Notes: generated from the letters alone by a model not told the origin. A stretch of 64,000 nucleotides of DNA from Anaeromyxobacter sp. (GCA_049840735.1 JASGJN010000022.1:832001-896000); one strand, 5' to 3'; shown: positions 1 to 14,002, counted from the stretch's first letter. Made by a program: numbers and translations.

Positions 1-279
1 TGCGACACGACGACGGACAAAAGCCGGTGCTGGGGCGCCAGCCGGTGCTGGCGTTGGACAAGGACGGGGCTCGCCAAATGGTACAAACGCTGGGGCACGA
101 CCGGGAGCGCTGGAGCTCGTGAGCGTGCAGGCGGGGTCGGTGCGGTCTTTCGGTCGAGTCTGTGAGCGATTCGAGCTCTCGCTGATTTCACCGATTGAAT
201 CCGGTGCGAAACATTCCGGAAACCTATCTCCCGTTACCCAAGGAGCGTCGGTCGATGAGACCGTCCCCGGTGCTTCTGA

Positions 280-688
<409 letters not shown>

Positions 689-718
689 AATCATCGGCTC
701 CGCTCAGCCGAGGGGAGC

Positions 719-2140
719 ATGTCCAGAATGAACGCGAAGGAAGCTATCGAGTTCGGCAAAAAAAACGGGTCGGTCATGGTCGACCTGAAGTTTTGCGATC
801 TCATCGGCAAATGGCAGCACCAGACCGTTCCGTTCGAACGATTGAGTGAGGCCTCCTTCGAGAATGGGTTTGGATTCGACGGTTCGCAAGTCCGCGGATT
901 CCAGCCCATCAATCAAAGTGACATGCTCCTCATTCCGGATCCTTCGACGGCGGTGATGGATCCGTTCTTGGGGCACCCCACGTTGTCCCTCGAGTGCACG
1001 GTGCGCGATCCGATTACGCGCCAAAGCTACTCGCGCGATCCGCGGTACATCGCGACGAAGGCAGAAGCGTATCTGCGGAGCACGGGCATCGCCGATCAGT
1101 GTCTCGTGGGGCCCGAAGCAGAGTTCTTCATCTTCGACGACGTGCGCTTCGATACCGGCGTGGAAGGTGCCTATTACTACATCGATTCCGTCGAAGCCGA
1201 CTGGAACACTGGTCGTGCGGAGAAGCCCAATCTCGGTCACAAGGTGCGATTGGGAGAGGGATACTTCCCGGTTCCTCCCCAAGATACCCTGCACGATCTT
1301 CGCACCAAAATGATGCTTTTGCTCGGAAGCGTGGGCATCGAAGTCGAGTCGGCGCATCACGAAGTCGCGACGGCAGGACAGAGCGAGATCGACATGCGGC
1401 AGGACCGACTGCTTCGCATGGCGGACAAGCTGATGTGGTTCAAGTACGTCGTCAAGAATGCGGCTCGGGCTGCGGGTAAGACCGCGACGTTCATGCCGAA
1501 GCCCATCTACGGCGACAACGGCAGCGGTATGCACGTCCACTTGTCGCTCATCAAGGATGGTGCGTCTCTGTTCACGGGTGAGGGATACGGCGGCCTTTCC
1601 GAGATGGGTCTGTACTACATGGGGGGCGTGCTCAAGCACGCTCGCGCACTTGCTGCTCTCACCAATCCGACCGTCAATAGCTACAAGCGACTCGTGCCGG
1701 GGTTCGAGGCGCCCGTGAATCTGGCGTACTCTTGCCGCAACCCATCTGCGGCAATTCGCGTCATGAGCCAACTCACGGCGTCGCGTCCTGCCAAGCTCGA
1801 ACTTGCGTTCCCGGATGCGACTTGCAACCCATACCTTGCCTTCGCAGCGATCCTCATGGCAGGTCTCGATGGGATCATCAATCGAATCAATCCCGGAGAT
1901 CCCTTCGACAAGGACGTGTACTCGCTGAGTCCAGAGGAACTCGACGACGTGCCTCACGTTCCCATGTCGCTTCCCGAAGCCATTCGGGCTCTCCAGGCGG
2001 ACCACGAATTTTTGCTTCGCGGTGACGTCTTTACGGAAGACGTCGTGTCCGTGTGGGTCGAATACAAAATGGAACGCGACGTGCGCCCCAGCCGCATGCA
2101 CCCGACGCCGATGGATTTCTATTTGTATTACGACGTCTGA
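719..2140 (+). CDS. glnA: Type I glutamine synthetase (divergent active site)
   Basis: 473 aa; [45 protein letters not shown], adenylylation-site Tyr (DKDVYSL). Confidence 0.93.
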   Translation: MSRMNAKEAIEFGKKNGSVMVDLKFCDLIGKWQHQTVPFERLSEASFENGFGFDGSQVRGFQPINQSDMLLIPDPSTAVMDPFLGHPTLSLECTVRDPITRQSYSRDPRYIATKAEAYLRSTGIADQCLVGPEAEFFIFDDVRFDTGVEGAYYYIDSVEADWNTGRAEKPNLGHKVRLGEGYFPVPPQDTLHDLRTKMMLLLGSVGIEVESAHHEVATAGQSEIDMRQDRLLRMADKLMWFKYVVKNAARAAGKTATFMPKPIYGDNGSGMHVHLSLIKDGASLFTGEGYGGLSEMGLYYMGGVLKHARALAALTNPTVNSYKRLVPGFEAPVNLAYSCRNPSAAIRVMSQLTASRPAKLELAFPDATCNPYLAFAAILMAGLDGIINRINPGDPFDKDVYSLSPEELDDVPHVPMSLPEAIRALQADHEFLLRGDVFTEDVVSVWVEYKMERDVRPSRMHPTPMDFYLYYDV

Positions 2141-2180
2141 AGTCCGACGTTCGCATCGTTGCCACCGAATGCGCGGGACG

Positions 2181-2370
2181 CGAGAACGCGCCGTGGATCG
2201 CGAGAGCGCGTCGTAGGTCGCGAGAACGCGTCGTAGGTCGCGAGAACGCGCCGTGGATCGCGAGAGCGCGTCGTAGGTCGCGAGAACGCGTCGTGGGGCG
2301 CGAGAACGCGTCGTAGGGCGCGAGAACGCGTCGTAGGTCGCGAGAACGCGTCGTGGATCGCGAGAACGCG
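2181..2370. repeat. Intergenic tandem repeat, 20-bp unit (CGAGAACGCGTCGTAGGTCG consensus), about 9.5 imperfect copies
   Basis: 20-bp periodicity is directly visible; lies between the convergent glnA and metK 3' ends. Confidence 0.95.
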
Positions 2371-2429
2371 CTTTTGCGAGGCCAAGCCGTACCCACGGCA
2401 AGAGACGTGGATCGCGACGTACCGACATC

Positions 2430-2464
2430 AAAAAGAAGGACCTGAAGGCGGTGCCTTCAGGTCC
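2430..2464 (-). terminator. Rho-independent terminator of metK
   Basis: 12-bp stem GGACCTGAAGGC/GCCTTCAGGTCC with 3-nt loop, followed by TTCTTTTT on the minus strand. Confidence 0.85.
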
Positions 2465-2509
2465 CAATGGTGGCTATGCCCGCGATGCTGCTCGACGCCA
2501 GGGGGCGCG

Positions 2510-3895
2510 TTAGCGTCGCTTCGCTTTCTTCGCCGCCTTCTTTACCGCTTTTCCTGCGCTCTTCTCAGCAGGCTTCGCCGCTGGCGCCTTGCTTTCCGTC
2601 TTGCTCGCGGCTTTCTTGCCGGACACGGCGCGGGGCGCCTTTTCCGCGACGTCGTTGTCGCTCTTGCTGTTGCCCTTGGCCGCCGCCTTGGTCGTTGAAG
2701 ACTTCTTGGTGGCCTTCTGTCCGTACAGTGCAGACTTGCCAAGGAGCGCTTGTGCCAGCGCTTCCGCGTGGGTCGTGGCTTCCCATGGGAACTGCGCGCG
2801 CCCGAAGTGGCCGTAGGCTGCCGTCTCGCGGTAGATGGGACGCAGCAGATTCGAGTTCGTCGATGAGTGCCTTCGGACGGAAGTCGAAGTTCTTCATCAC
2901 GTACGCCGCAATCTTCTCGTCGTCCACGACGCCGGTTCCGAAGGTGCTCACGTAGACGCCAACGGGTTGTGCGACACCGATGGCATACGCCACCTGGACT
3001 TCGCAGCGACGAGCCAAGCCTGCGGCGACGATGTTCTTCGCGACGTAGCGCGCGAAGTAGCAAGCCGAGCGATCGACCTTCGATGGATCTTGCCCGAGAA
3101 AGCACCGCCACCGTGGCGACCCATGCCGCCGTAGGTGTCGACGATGATCTTACGACCCGTGAGGCCAGCGTCGCCGAAGGGGCCACCGATGACGAATCGT
3201 CCCGTGGGATTGACGAAGTACTTGGTCTTGGCGTCGAGCAGATTGGCGGGAAGCGTCTTCTTGATGCAGAGCTCGATGACGGCTTCCTTGAGATCCTTGT
3301 GCTTGACGTCGGGGCTGTGTTGCGTGGAAACGACCACCGCGTCGATGCGCTTTGGCTGATCGTTTTCGTACTCGATCGTCACCTGGCTCTTGCTGTCCGG
3401 GCGCAGGAAATCGAGCTTGTTCGACTTCCTGAGCTTTGCCAGGTTCTGCACCAACTCGTGCGAGTACATGATCGGTGCGGGCATGAGCTCGGGCGTTTCG
3501 TCGCACGCATAACCGAACATGAGCCCTTGATCGCCGGCGCCTTGCTCCTTGTGCAGGCCTTCACCTTCCGTCACGCCTTGGGAGATGTCGGGAGACTGCG
3601 GTTCGACCGCGATGAGGACACCGCACGTGTCGGCGTCGAAGCCCATCGACGAATCCGTGTAGCCGATGTCCTTGACGACGTTGCGAGCAATCTTCCCGAA
3701 GTCGAGATTCTTGGCTTTGGTCGTGATTTCGCCGGCAATGGCGACGAACCCGGTCTTACAAAGACACTCGCACGCTACGCGGCTGCGTGGATCTTCCGTA
3801 AGCGCGGCATCGAGCACCGCGTCGGAGATCTGATCACACATCTTGTCGGGATGTCCTTCACTGACGGATTCGGAAGTAAACAGGTATCGGCTCAT
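2510..3895 (-). CDS. metK: S-adenosylmethionine synthetase with Lys/Ala-rich C-terminal extension (two compensating apparent frameshifts near 3087 and 2851)
   Basis: [41 protein letters not shown](D)[16 protein letters not shown]; stop TAA at 2510-2512 after ...[10 protein letters not shown]. Confidence 0.95.
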
Positions 3896-4225
3896 CGCTT
3901 GTGCTCGCTCTAGAATCTAGTGCCACCACGCCCGGACAACTCCGGGAGAAGAACACGGGTTGGATAGCGACCGTCCAAGTCTGCTCGTCCGGCGCGCCCG
4001 GACGCTAGCACCTTTGGCCATGCATGCAGAAGCGGCTCGTGACAGTCCCGACCCACAGGCGAGCTGCACGGGGGAGATGGCAAGGGTTTTCGCGTCTTTC
4101 CACGTAATGTCCGAGGAACGAGAGGCTGCGGGATGCCTGCGTGGGGTGGAGCCCGGTGTTCCAGACCCGCTTCGTCGCGGACGAATTCGCGCAGAATTTG
4201 CTTGTCAGGAGACCGGTGTCCCTTA

Positions 4226-4241
4226 ACACTGACGTCAGTGT
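4226..4241. promoter_or_regulatory. Perfect 16-bp palindrome ACACTGACGTCAGTGT, candidate transcription-factor operator
   Basis: Palindrome about 42 bp upstream of the CoA-activase start, in the divergent metK/activase intergenic region. Confidence 0.55.
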
Positions 4242-4283
4242 CAGTTAGCGACGCGAACCTCTTACTCGATGCGGGGACACGCA

Positions 4284-7200
4284 ATGGCCGATCGTAGTGA
4301 CAATCTCGTCATTGGTATGGATGTAGGGTCGACGACGGTCAAAGCCGTCGTCGTCGAGCCGCACAGCAAACGCGTGCTCTGGAACGACTACCAGCGCCAC
4401 CACACCAAACAACCCGAGAAGGTCCTCGAGCTTCTCGAGCAGATTCACGCGTCCTTTCCAGACCGGCGCGCGGAGGACTTTCGCCTGTTCCTCACCGGCT
4501 CTGGGAGCGGCCCGCTCGAGGGACCCACGGGCGGCAAGTTCGTGCAAGAGGTGAACGCCGTCACCCTCGCCGTCGAAGACCGCCACCCGGACGTGATGAG
4601 CGTCATCGAGCTCGGCGGGCAGGACGCCAAGATCATCATGTTCAAGGTCGACCCCACGACGGGAACGCGGACCGCCTCGACGTCGATGAACGACAAGTGC
4701 GCGTCCGGAACCGGCGCAACCATCGACAAGTGTTTCATCAAGGTCGGCGCCGATCCGAAGCTTGCCACCACCCTTCGATTCGACGATTCACGGCTCCACC
4801 ACGTCGCTGCCAAGTGCGGGGTGTTCGCGGAAACCGACATCGTGAATCTGATCAAGTCGGGGATCCCGCAGGACCAAGTGCTCTGCTCTTTGGCAGACGC
4901 AATCGTCATGCAAAACCTGAGCGTGCTCACGCGAGGTAGCACCCTCAAGGCACGTGTGATGCTGCTTGGCGGACCCAATACGTATCTGCCGTTCCTTCAG
5001 GACTGCTGGCGATTGCGCATTCCTCAGACGTGGAAGGATCGCGGATACGAGCCCCCCGAAGGAATGAGCGTCGAGGATCTCATTTTCATTCCGTCCGGTG
5101 CAGAGCTCTATGCGGCCCTAGGTGCCGTCCTCTTCGGTCTGTCTCTCGACGAAAGCGAAGGCCGGTTCAAGGGCATCGATGGGCTTCGCGATTTCATCCA
5201 GAATGGCCGCCGCGCGCGGCTCGGCGAGCAAGCGGGACCGCCCTTGGTGGCGCATGCGGACGAAGCGGCGCTCTTTGCATCCAGTTATTCCGTTCCTCGC
5301 TTCGTTCCCGCTAGTTTCGAACCGGGCCAGGAGGTGCGCGCCGTCATTGGCTTGGACGGTGGCTCCACGTCGTCGAAAGCCGTGCTCGTCGACGAATCCG
5401 GCGAGCTCATTGCGAAGGCGTACCAGCTCTCCAAGGGTAACCCCATCGAGGACTCCAAGGAGCTGCTCCTCAAGCTACGCGAGCAGGTGGAAAGCCAGGG
5501 CGCCAAGTTGACGTGTCTCGGCTTCGGTGCGACGGGTTATGCCGCAGACGTGCTCGAGCAGACCCTGCTAGCGGACGTCAACATCGTCGAAACGGTCGCG
5601 CACATGGTCAGCGCCGTACATTATTTCGGCGACATCGACGTCGTGTGTGACATCGGTGGTCAAGACATCAAGGTTCTATTTCTGAAGAACGGTGACATTC
5701 AGAACTTCAAGTTGTCGAACTCTTGCAGTGCCGGCAACGGGATGCTCCTTCAGGCCATGGCGGACCAATTCGGTCTGCCCGTGACGGACTACGCGAAGGT
5801 CGCGTTCCAAGCGGAATTGGCCCCGAAGTTCAGCTACGGATGTGCCGTCTTTCTCGACACCGATCGAGTCAATTTCCAAAAAGAAGGCTTTCAGCGCGAA
5901 GAGCTACTCGCGGGGCTGGCTCAAGTGCTTCCGAAGAACGTCTGGCAGTACGTCGTTCAAGTGCCGCGCATGGCGTCGCTTGGAAGAAAATTCGTGCTTC
6001 AAGGCGGCACTCAATACAACCTTGCAGCAGTAAAGGCCCAGGTCGATTACATCAAACAACGTGTCCCCGACGCGGAGGTATACGTTCACCCGCACACCGG
6101 TGAGGCAGGGGCGATCGGCGCAGCGATGGAAACACTCCGTCGATACAAGCGTACCGGCAAGACGCGGTTCGTGGGGATCGAAGCCGCGTTGAATCTCAAG
6201 TACGAGGCGCGCAACGACGAATCGACCGTCTGCCATTTCTGTCCCAACGAGTGTCACCGTACGTTCATCGACGCCGAGCGACCCGACGGAACACGGGCGC
6301 GCTACATCTCTGGGTTTTCTTGCGAGAAGGGCACCGTCGAGAGCGAAGCTGCCATGCTTTCCATCGTTGCCGAGCGGAAAAAGACTGCGGCGCAATTCCC
6401 AAATCTGATCGAATACGAGGCACGAAAGGCATTCCAGCATTTCTACTCGCCAGAACCCATGCCGGAGGCCGGCTCACTCATCGAAGACATGCGCGTGAAG
6501 AAAGGCTTGTTTCGTATCAAGCGAGAACGGTACTCGCGACCGTTTCAGCGTTCGAGTGAAGACGCAGCCAAGGCGCGTCGATCGATCCGCATCGGCATTC
6601 CACGCGTCCTCAACGTCTACAGTGTGGCGCCGTTCATTCGGACCTACTTCGAGGCCTTGGGGATCCCGAAGAATCAAGTGGTCTTCAGCGACGAGACGAG
6701 TGAGGAGATGTGGATTGCCGGGGGTAAATACGGCTCCATCGATCCGTGCTTCCCGAGCAAGGTCGTTCAAGCGCATGTCCACCACTTGCTCTTCGAAGCG
6801 CATCAACCCGCCAAAAAACGCCCGCTGAACTACATCTTCTTTCCCATCCTCACGCACGTGCAGAACTTCGTCGAGGATACGATGGACAATGCGTCTTGCC
6901 CCATCGTGGCGGGAACGCCAGACGTGATTCGGGCCGCATTCACCAAAGAGACGGACTTCTTCAAGACGCGTAACATCGAGTACCTTGCGCCTGCGCTCAG
7001 CTTCTCGGAGCCCACGCTTTTGGCTCGGCGGATGTTCGAAACCTGGGGCGAACGTCTCCAGATCACGGAAGACGAGAGCGATTTCGCTTGTAAGCAGGCG
7101 TGGAAAGCTCTTTCGGCATTCAATGCCGACGTCGAGGAGAAGGGGCGGGCGATTCTCGAGACGGTGGAAGCGGAAAATCGTATCGCCATCTTGGTGATCG

Positions 7201-7922
7201 GACGACCCTATCATTCCGATCCAGGGCTCAATCACGGGATCCCGGAGGAGTTCCAGGTGCTCGGCTATCCGATCCTCAGTATTCGTTCCATCCCGAAGTC
7301 GCGCGAGTATCTCGACCGCTTTTACGCAGACGAACTCGCCGCGGGAACGATTCGCTCGCCACTCCAGCTGTCGCAGGTTTGGCCCGAGAATTATTCGGCC
7401 AACAGTGCGCAGAAGGTGTGGGCGGCGAATTTCGCCGCTCACCATCCGAACGTCGCGGTGCTCAATCTCTCGAGTTTCAAGTGTGGCCACGACGCACCGA
7501 CCTATGGCCTCATCGATTCCATTCTTCAAGCCACTCGAACGCCCACGGCTGCGCTCCACGATCTGGACGCCAACAAGCCTGGCGGTTCGAATCGAGAATC
7601 CGCGTCAAGACCTACGCGCACTCGCTGACATTGGAGCGCGAGCGTCTCGAAGAAATGGCCGAGAAACGTCGTGAGTTCGAGTGGACACTCGACAAGAAGC
7701 GGCTCGAATCTCCTCGAGATGCGTCGCGGCGGAGCCACAGTCGCGTTTCGTGACGAAGCCAAGCTCGACGGCGAGATTGAGCGACTGCGGTTGAAGGTGA
7801 GCCAATACCAACCACGACCGAGCGTATTGACGGAAGACGGCCCGAAGCTCGTTCAGCTTCGAGCCAAACCGAAGCCCTCGCGGATCACGAGCGAGGCGTC
7901 CGTGCCCCTAGCTGCGGAGTGA
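4284..7922 (+). CDS. CoA-substrate-specific enzyme activase: two BadF/BcrA-BcrD ATPase domains plus DUF2229/dehydratase-like domain; PlsA-like (apparent frameshifts near 7590-7598 and 7707)
   Basis: Two ASKHA motif sets (GMDVGSTTVK...ELGGQDAK...MNDKCASGTG; GLDGGSTSSK...DIGGQDIK...SNSCSAGNG), CxxCxNxC, PCFPSK, GRPYH, SFKCGHDA; C-terminus continues across frames to TGA at 7922. Confidence 0.85.
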
Positions 7923-8010
7923 TGTCGCAGCGGACTTCGAAACGAGTTCAAGAACACGACTTCAGGAACACACGAGCTGACCCAACAGGCACACGTAGGA
8001 GGAGAGGAAC

Positions 8011-9700
8011 ATGCAAACGAACCCCGAAATTTCTGCCAAGAAACGGCTGCCAATCGCTTCGCCTGGCCGCGAGGATCGTTCGATCGAGGACGAGCTGGCC
8101 AACTTCGCCGCGGTGGAACGGAAACGTCTCGGGCTGTCGTCCCGCCCGAATCCTTGGCGGGAAACCATGGCGAACCTCAAGTTCGTCAAGGCCGAGCGGG
8201 GCTCAGTAACGATTCTTCTCGGGGGCCTCACCGTAGCTCACGATCGTCTCGTCGAAGGCGCCTTCCGCGGGTTGGGATACAACATCAAGGCTTTGGCGTG
8301 TCCGGACCAAGACGCTCTCCGAGTCGGCAAGGAATTCGGCAATCGTGGTCAATGCAATCCGACCTACTTCACCGTCGGTAACTTGGTGAAGTACCTGCAA
8401 GAGCTCGAGGCATCCGGGCTGACCAAGCAGCAAATCGTGTCAAATTACGTGTTTCTCACTGCTGGAGCGTGCGGGCCGTGTCGTTTTGGTATGTACGTGA
8501 CCGAGTACCGCAAGGCACTCCGTGATGCCGGCTTCGACGGATTTCGGGTCGTAGCCTTTCAGCAGCAAGGCGGCTTGAGTCAGGTCAATGGCGACGACGT
8601 TGGGCTCGAAATGACGCCGAAGTTCTTCGGCGCAATGCTTCAGGCGCTCGCTGCTGGCGATGTCATCAACGCGCTCGGATATCGAATTCGTCCGTATGAA
8701 GTGGTCCCTGGGGCAACCAATCGAGCAGTGGAGAAGGCGACCGCACGTTGCTATGACGCGCTGTTTCGACGAAAGAGCGTCCTATTGGCGCTCCTTGCCT
8801 CGCGACGTGACTTCGCGAAAATCGAGGTCGACCGTACTCGCATCAAGCCGAAGGTCTCCATCATCGGGGAATTCTGGGCGATGACGACCGAAGGGGACGG
8901 AAACTACCACCTGCAAAAGTTCATCGAGGAGGAAGGGGGTGAAGTCGACATTCAGCTCGTTACCGCTTGGTTGCTCTACAACATTTGGGAAGTGCGCTTC
9001 GATACGGCCAATCGCGCCGAGTTGCGCGGGGCGGATCAGGCGTCCAACGGCCTTGCGGGCATGGGCGAATTCGGCGTTGCGAAGCGTAGACTGATGTTGA
9101 CGCTGGCGGAACGCGCGTTGCGGAGCGGATTCTTCGCCTACAGTCGGGCGCTGGGGTTGGTCGACTATCACCTGCCGAACATGGAGCAAGTCGCCGAGGT
9201 GGCGCGTCAGTATTACAATAACGATCTCCGTGGTGGCGAAGGTCACATGGAAGTCGGTAAGGTGATCTTGAATGCGATCGGGAAGAAGTCCACGATGACC
9301 CTGAGTGTCAAGCCGTTTGGCTGCATGCCGAGTTCTGGCGTCAGCGACGGTGTACAGTCCCTCGTTCAGGAGAAGTTTCCCTCGAGCATGTTCTGCGCCG
9401 TAGAGACGAGCGGGGATGGAGCGGTGAACTTCCAGAGCCGAGTCCAGATGTTCCTGCACAAGGCAAAGCGCGCAGCAGCTGAAGAAGTGGATCGCGCTTT
9501 GAGCGAGACCGGCTTGACTGCGGAGCAGGTAAGCGATGCTGCCCGCAAGTCCCCACGCTGGCGGAGCGCAATTACCCGAGCGAAGCATCGCAGGGACGAC
9601 CACGGCCGTGGACTTCGTCTATGCCGTTGCTGAGCGTATGGGGGCTGGTCGCAGGCTCCAACCCGCCGTTACGGGGCACGCCGAGTTTGCCCATCCGTAG
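8011..9700 (+). CDS. 2-hydroxyacyl-CoA dehydratase D-like partner protein; PlsR-like (apparent frameshift near 9592)
   Basis: GKEFGNRGQCNP, GACGPCRFGMY, IIGEFW, GGEGH, VKPFGCMP motifs; follows the activase gene; the 3' end (9633 versus 9700) depends on the frameshift. Confidence 0.8.
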
Positions 9701-9846
9701 CGTTGTGCTGCCGCTCGGGGGGCGCTCGGGGGGCGCCTCGTCGTGGTGCGCAGCCATTCCGTGTGCTGCCGCGAGGGGGCTCTCGGGCGTCTCTCGCGGC
9801 ACGCAGTTACGGTGCGCATGGGCGTCTCTCGCGGCGCTGTGAACCT

Positions 9847-11373
<1,527 letters not shown>

Positions 11374-11377
<4 letters not shown>

Positions 11378-11772
11378 GGCGCGCCTTCCTCCTTTGGATC
11401 TTTGGACAGGCTCCGAATGACGGCACGGATTTGTTCGGGGCGGAAAGGCTTCCTCAGAATGGCGCGGACGCCAAGGGATTGCAGTTGTTCCTGGTACTTC
11501 GCTCCAGCATCCGACGACACGACCACGACGGGCAGATGCTTCAGTTTTGGATCCTGCGTCATGCGCTCGATGAGTTCGAGTCCGGTCATTCGAGGCATGT
11601 GCAGGTCCGCGAAGACGATTGACGTGTCCGTCCGCTCGAGCCACTCGAGGGCTTCTAGACCATCGGACGCTTCGAATACTTGCTCTGCGGGTTGGCCACT
11701 CAAATCTAGAGCTTTGCGCATCATTGCACGCATGATTGGAGAGTCATCGACAATAAGGACGGGAACGGTCAT
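11374..11772 (-). CDS. cheY: CheY-like response regulator
   Basis: [24 protein letters not shown]; single REC domain. Confidence 0.85.
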
Positions 11773-12629
11773 GACTGTGGCTCCTCGGCTGTTGCAGTGC
11801 GGCAAAGATCGACGAGTGAGTCCAGGCACTCGCTCACGATGTGTTCGATGACGGCGGGGCGGATGGCGAGGCGTTTGAAAGTCTCTGGATCCGGCGAACG
11901 AGCGAGTCCGGCTGCGTCGCGCCCGTAGCCGAGCGCGTGAGCCGTCATGTTCGCCACGTGTACGACGTCGACCAGGTACGAGTAAGGAGAGTCGATGAAG
12001 TGGCTCGGGAAGTGGTGCCCGGTTGCGGCTGCAGTCACCTCTTTGGGCAATTGCCAGGCATTGCCGACCAGCGCAGCAACTTCCGTGTGATCCGTGCCGA
12101 GTACTTCTCGTTCGGCGCAGACCATGGTGAGCGAACGAGACATCTCGTCCATCTCGTGTTGTTTCTCAATCAAGTGTCTCGCCAGTATGAGCTTGCCGAT
12201 GTCGTGAAGTAACCCAGCGACGAAGTACGGCCCCGATCGCTGCGGCATGACGGCCTTCGCAATTCGTTCAGCGAGGAATCCGACTGCGATGCTATGCGCC
12301 ATGAAATCGGGCTGGCTGAGTCCGTAGCCCGGAAGTGACTTCGGGAGACTTGCCTGTAGGCTCATGGTCATTGCAAGCTGGTTTACTCGAGACAATCCGA
12401 CGAGGGTGACGGCGTGAGCCAGGCTCGTTACTTGCCGTCGCAGGCCAAACCAGGGGCTATTGGCAATCCGGAGGAGATTTGCCGCAAGCGACGCATCGCG
12501 GAGAACCGCTTTTTCCAGCTGTTCTGCGGAGACTCTCGGCGTGCGCAAAAGACGCAACAATTCGCTCAGTGCGGGCGAGAGCGGTGGCAGCGCGCGAGCA
12601 TCCGCTACGAGAGTCTTGGGCTCGATCAT
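11769..12629 (-). CDS. HDOD domain protein
   Basis: LPPLSP, LLRIANSP, HSIAV, GLLHDIGK, DHTEV, W.LP. Confidence 0.9.
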   Translation of the reverse strand: MIEPKTLVADARALPPLSPALSELLRLLRTPRVSAEQLEKAVLRDASLAANLLRIANSPWFGLRRQVTSLAHAVTLVGLSRVNQLAMTMSLQASLPKSLPGYGLSQPDFMAHSIAVGFLAERIAKAVMPQRSGPYFVAGLLHDIGKLILARHLIEKQHEMDEMSRSLTMVCAEREVLGTDHTEVAALVGNAWQLPKEVTAAATGHHFPSHFIDSPYSYLVDVVHVANMTAHALGYGRDAAGLARSPDPETFKRLAIRPAVIEHIVSECLDSLVDLCRTATAEEPQS

Positions 12630-13105
12630 AGAGCGTACTCCTCGTTCTTGCTCTTGACGATGCAACGGCCCGTACCGACGTCCAGCGAGACAGTCCTCGA
12701 CTTTGCCCCACCGACGTCTTCGGTCGAAATGAGGACGTTGGTCTTCCACAGCATTCGGCGCAGCACCGTGAGGTTGCGTTTTCCGATCTCGAATGTGCCA
12801 TGGTCGTCGTAGAGTTGCCCGCCACCGGCGACCTTGACGACCAGATCGGACTTTTGGCATCCAAGGTCGTACATGGAATGAAAGAGCAATGGCACCCCGG
12901 TGTCCGCGAACATGGCCGGTTTGGTCTTTGCTTTTTCCGGGTTCGTGGACGACATGGGAAGCATGTAGTGAATCATTCCGCCTGCACGACGAACCGGATC
13001 GTGGAGAATGACGGCAATGCACGAGCCGAGTGCGTAGGTAATGAGTTGGACTTCAGCGTCCTGCGAGACGACGTGTTGTGCGATGTCGACGACGACGCGA
13101 ATCAT
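12626..13105 (-). CDS. cheD: Chemoreceptor glutamine deamidase CheD
   Basis: TYALGSCIAV, GGMIHYMLP, FADTG, VKVAGG, IGKRN, EDVGG. Confidence 0.93.
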   Translation of the reverse strand: MIRVVVDIAQHVVSQDAEVQLITYALGSCIAVILHDPVRRAGGMIHYMLPMSSTNPEKAKTKPAMFADTGVPLLFHSMYDLGCQKSDLVVKVAGGGQLYDDHGTFEIGKRNLTVLRRMLWKTNVLISTEDVGGAKSRTVSLDVGTGRCIVKSKNEEYAL

Positions 13106-14002
13106 CGCTGGTGACCTTTCGCGTGGGAGGAGTGCTTTTCGATAGAGTGATGCGGTGCATCTGGCAAAACGTATACCGATGGTCGGAGGGCCCGAAATCG
13201 AGTGGAGAGGCCGTTGAGCGTTTCGGCGTGTCCCACGAAGAAGATGCCGTCGGGGGCCATGAGCGCTTCGATTGCGGAGACCAGCCCTTGGCGGACTCTC
13301 TGGTCGAAATAGATCATCACGTTACGGCAAAACACCGCGTCGAGTGGGCCTCGCATCGGGAAGGGAGGGGTCGATAGATTGAGCCGCTTGAAGGTGACGT
13401 GCTTTCGCAGAGCGTCCCGTACCTGGTAGAGGGGGTCTTCGGCGGCCTTGGACCCGAGCGGATGGAAGTACTTGCTACGGAGTTGCTTCGGGACGTCGCG
13501 TAGCGCGGACAACGGATAGGTAGCGGCTTCTGCTGCAACGAGGATGCGGGTGGAGATGTCCGTTCCGAGAATGCGCCAATCGACGTGGGCATCTGCAAGT
13601 GTATCGGCAATGGTGATTGCCATCGTGTAGGCTTCTTCACCGCTGGAACTCGCCGCAGACCAAAAGCGCAATCTTCCACGCCCCTCTTCGTGCCTCGATT
13701 TGACCAGCGCGGCCAAGAGCTGGAAAATGCTCCGGCTCACGGAAGAAGCTCGTGAAATTCGTCGAGATGACATCCAGGAAATTGACGAGCTCGTCGCCCT
13801 CGTCGGCGAGGAGGTACTCGAGATAGGCACTCGGATCGCGCAAGCCAAGGATCCGGATCCGCTTGCCGATTCTAGAAGAGACGAGTGCCTCTTTGCCGGC
13901 ACTCAGCCGAATGCCGGAGCGCCGATAAGCGATCTCCGCGAATTGTTGAAAGAGTGCAGTGTCCAAGCGTCGACTCGACTGAAGTGGAACGGGCGGAGTC
14001 AA
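13102..14002 (-). CDS. cheR: Chemotaxis methyltransferase CheR (apparent frameshift near 13725)
   Basis: ISTNFTSFFREPEHF joined to WSAASSSGEEAYT, GTDIS, VFCRNVMIYF. Confidence 0.92.

Noticed and set aside
78..110. Sigma-54 promoter upstream of glnB
   Set aside because: The TGGTAC and GGGCAC candidates lack a correctly spaced -12 GC
704..2467. Long antisense and alternate-frame ORFs (for example 704-2467, 58147-59559, 51999-53267, 53578-54390)
   Set aside because: Shadow ORFs caused by high GC and codon bias opposite well-supported genes or repeats
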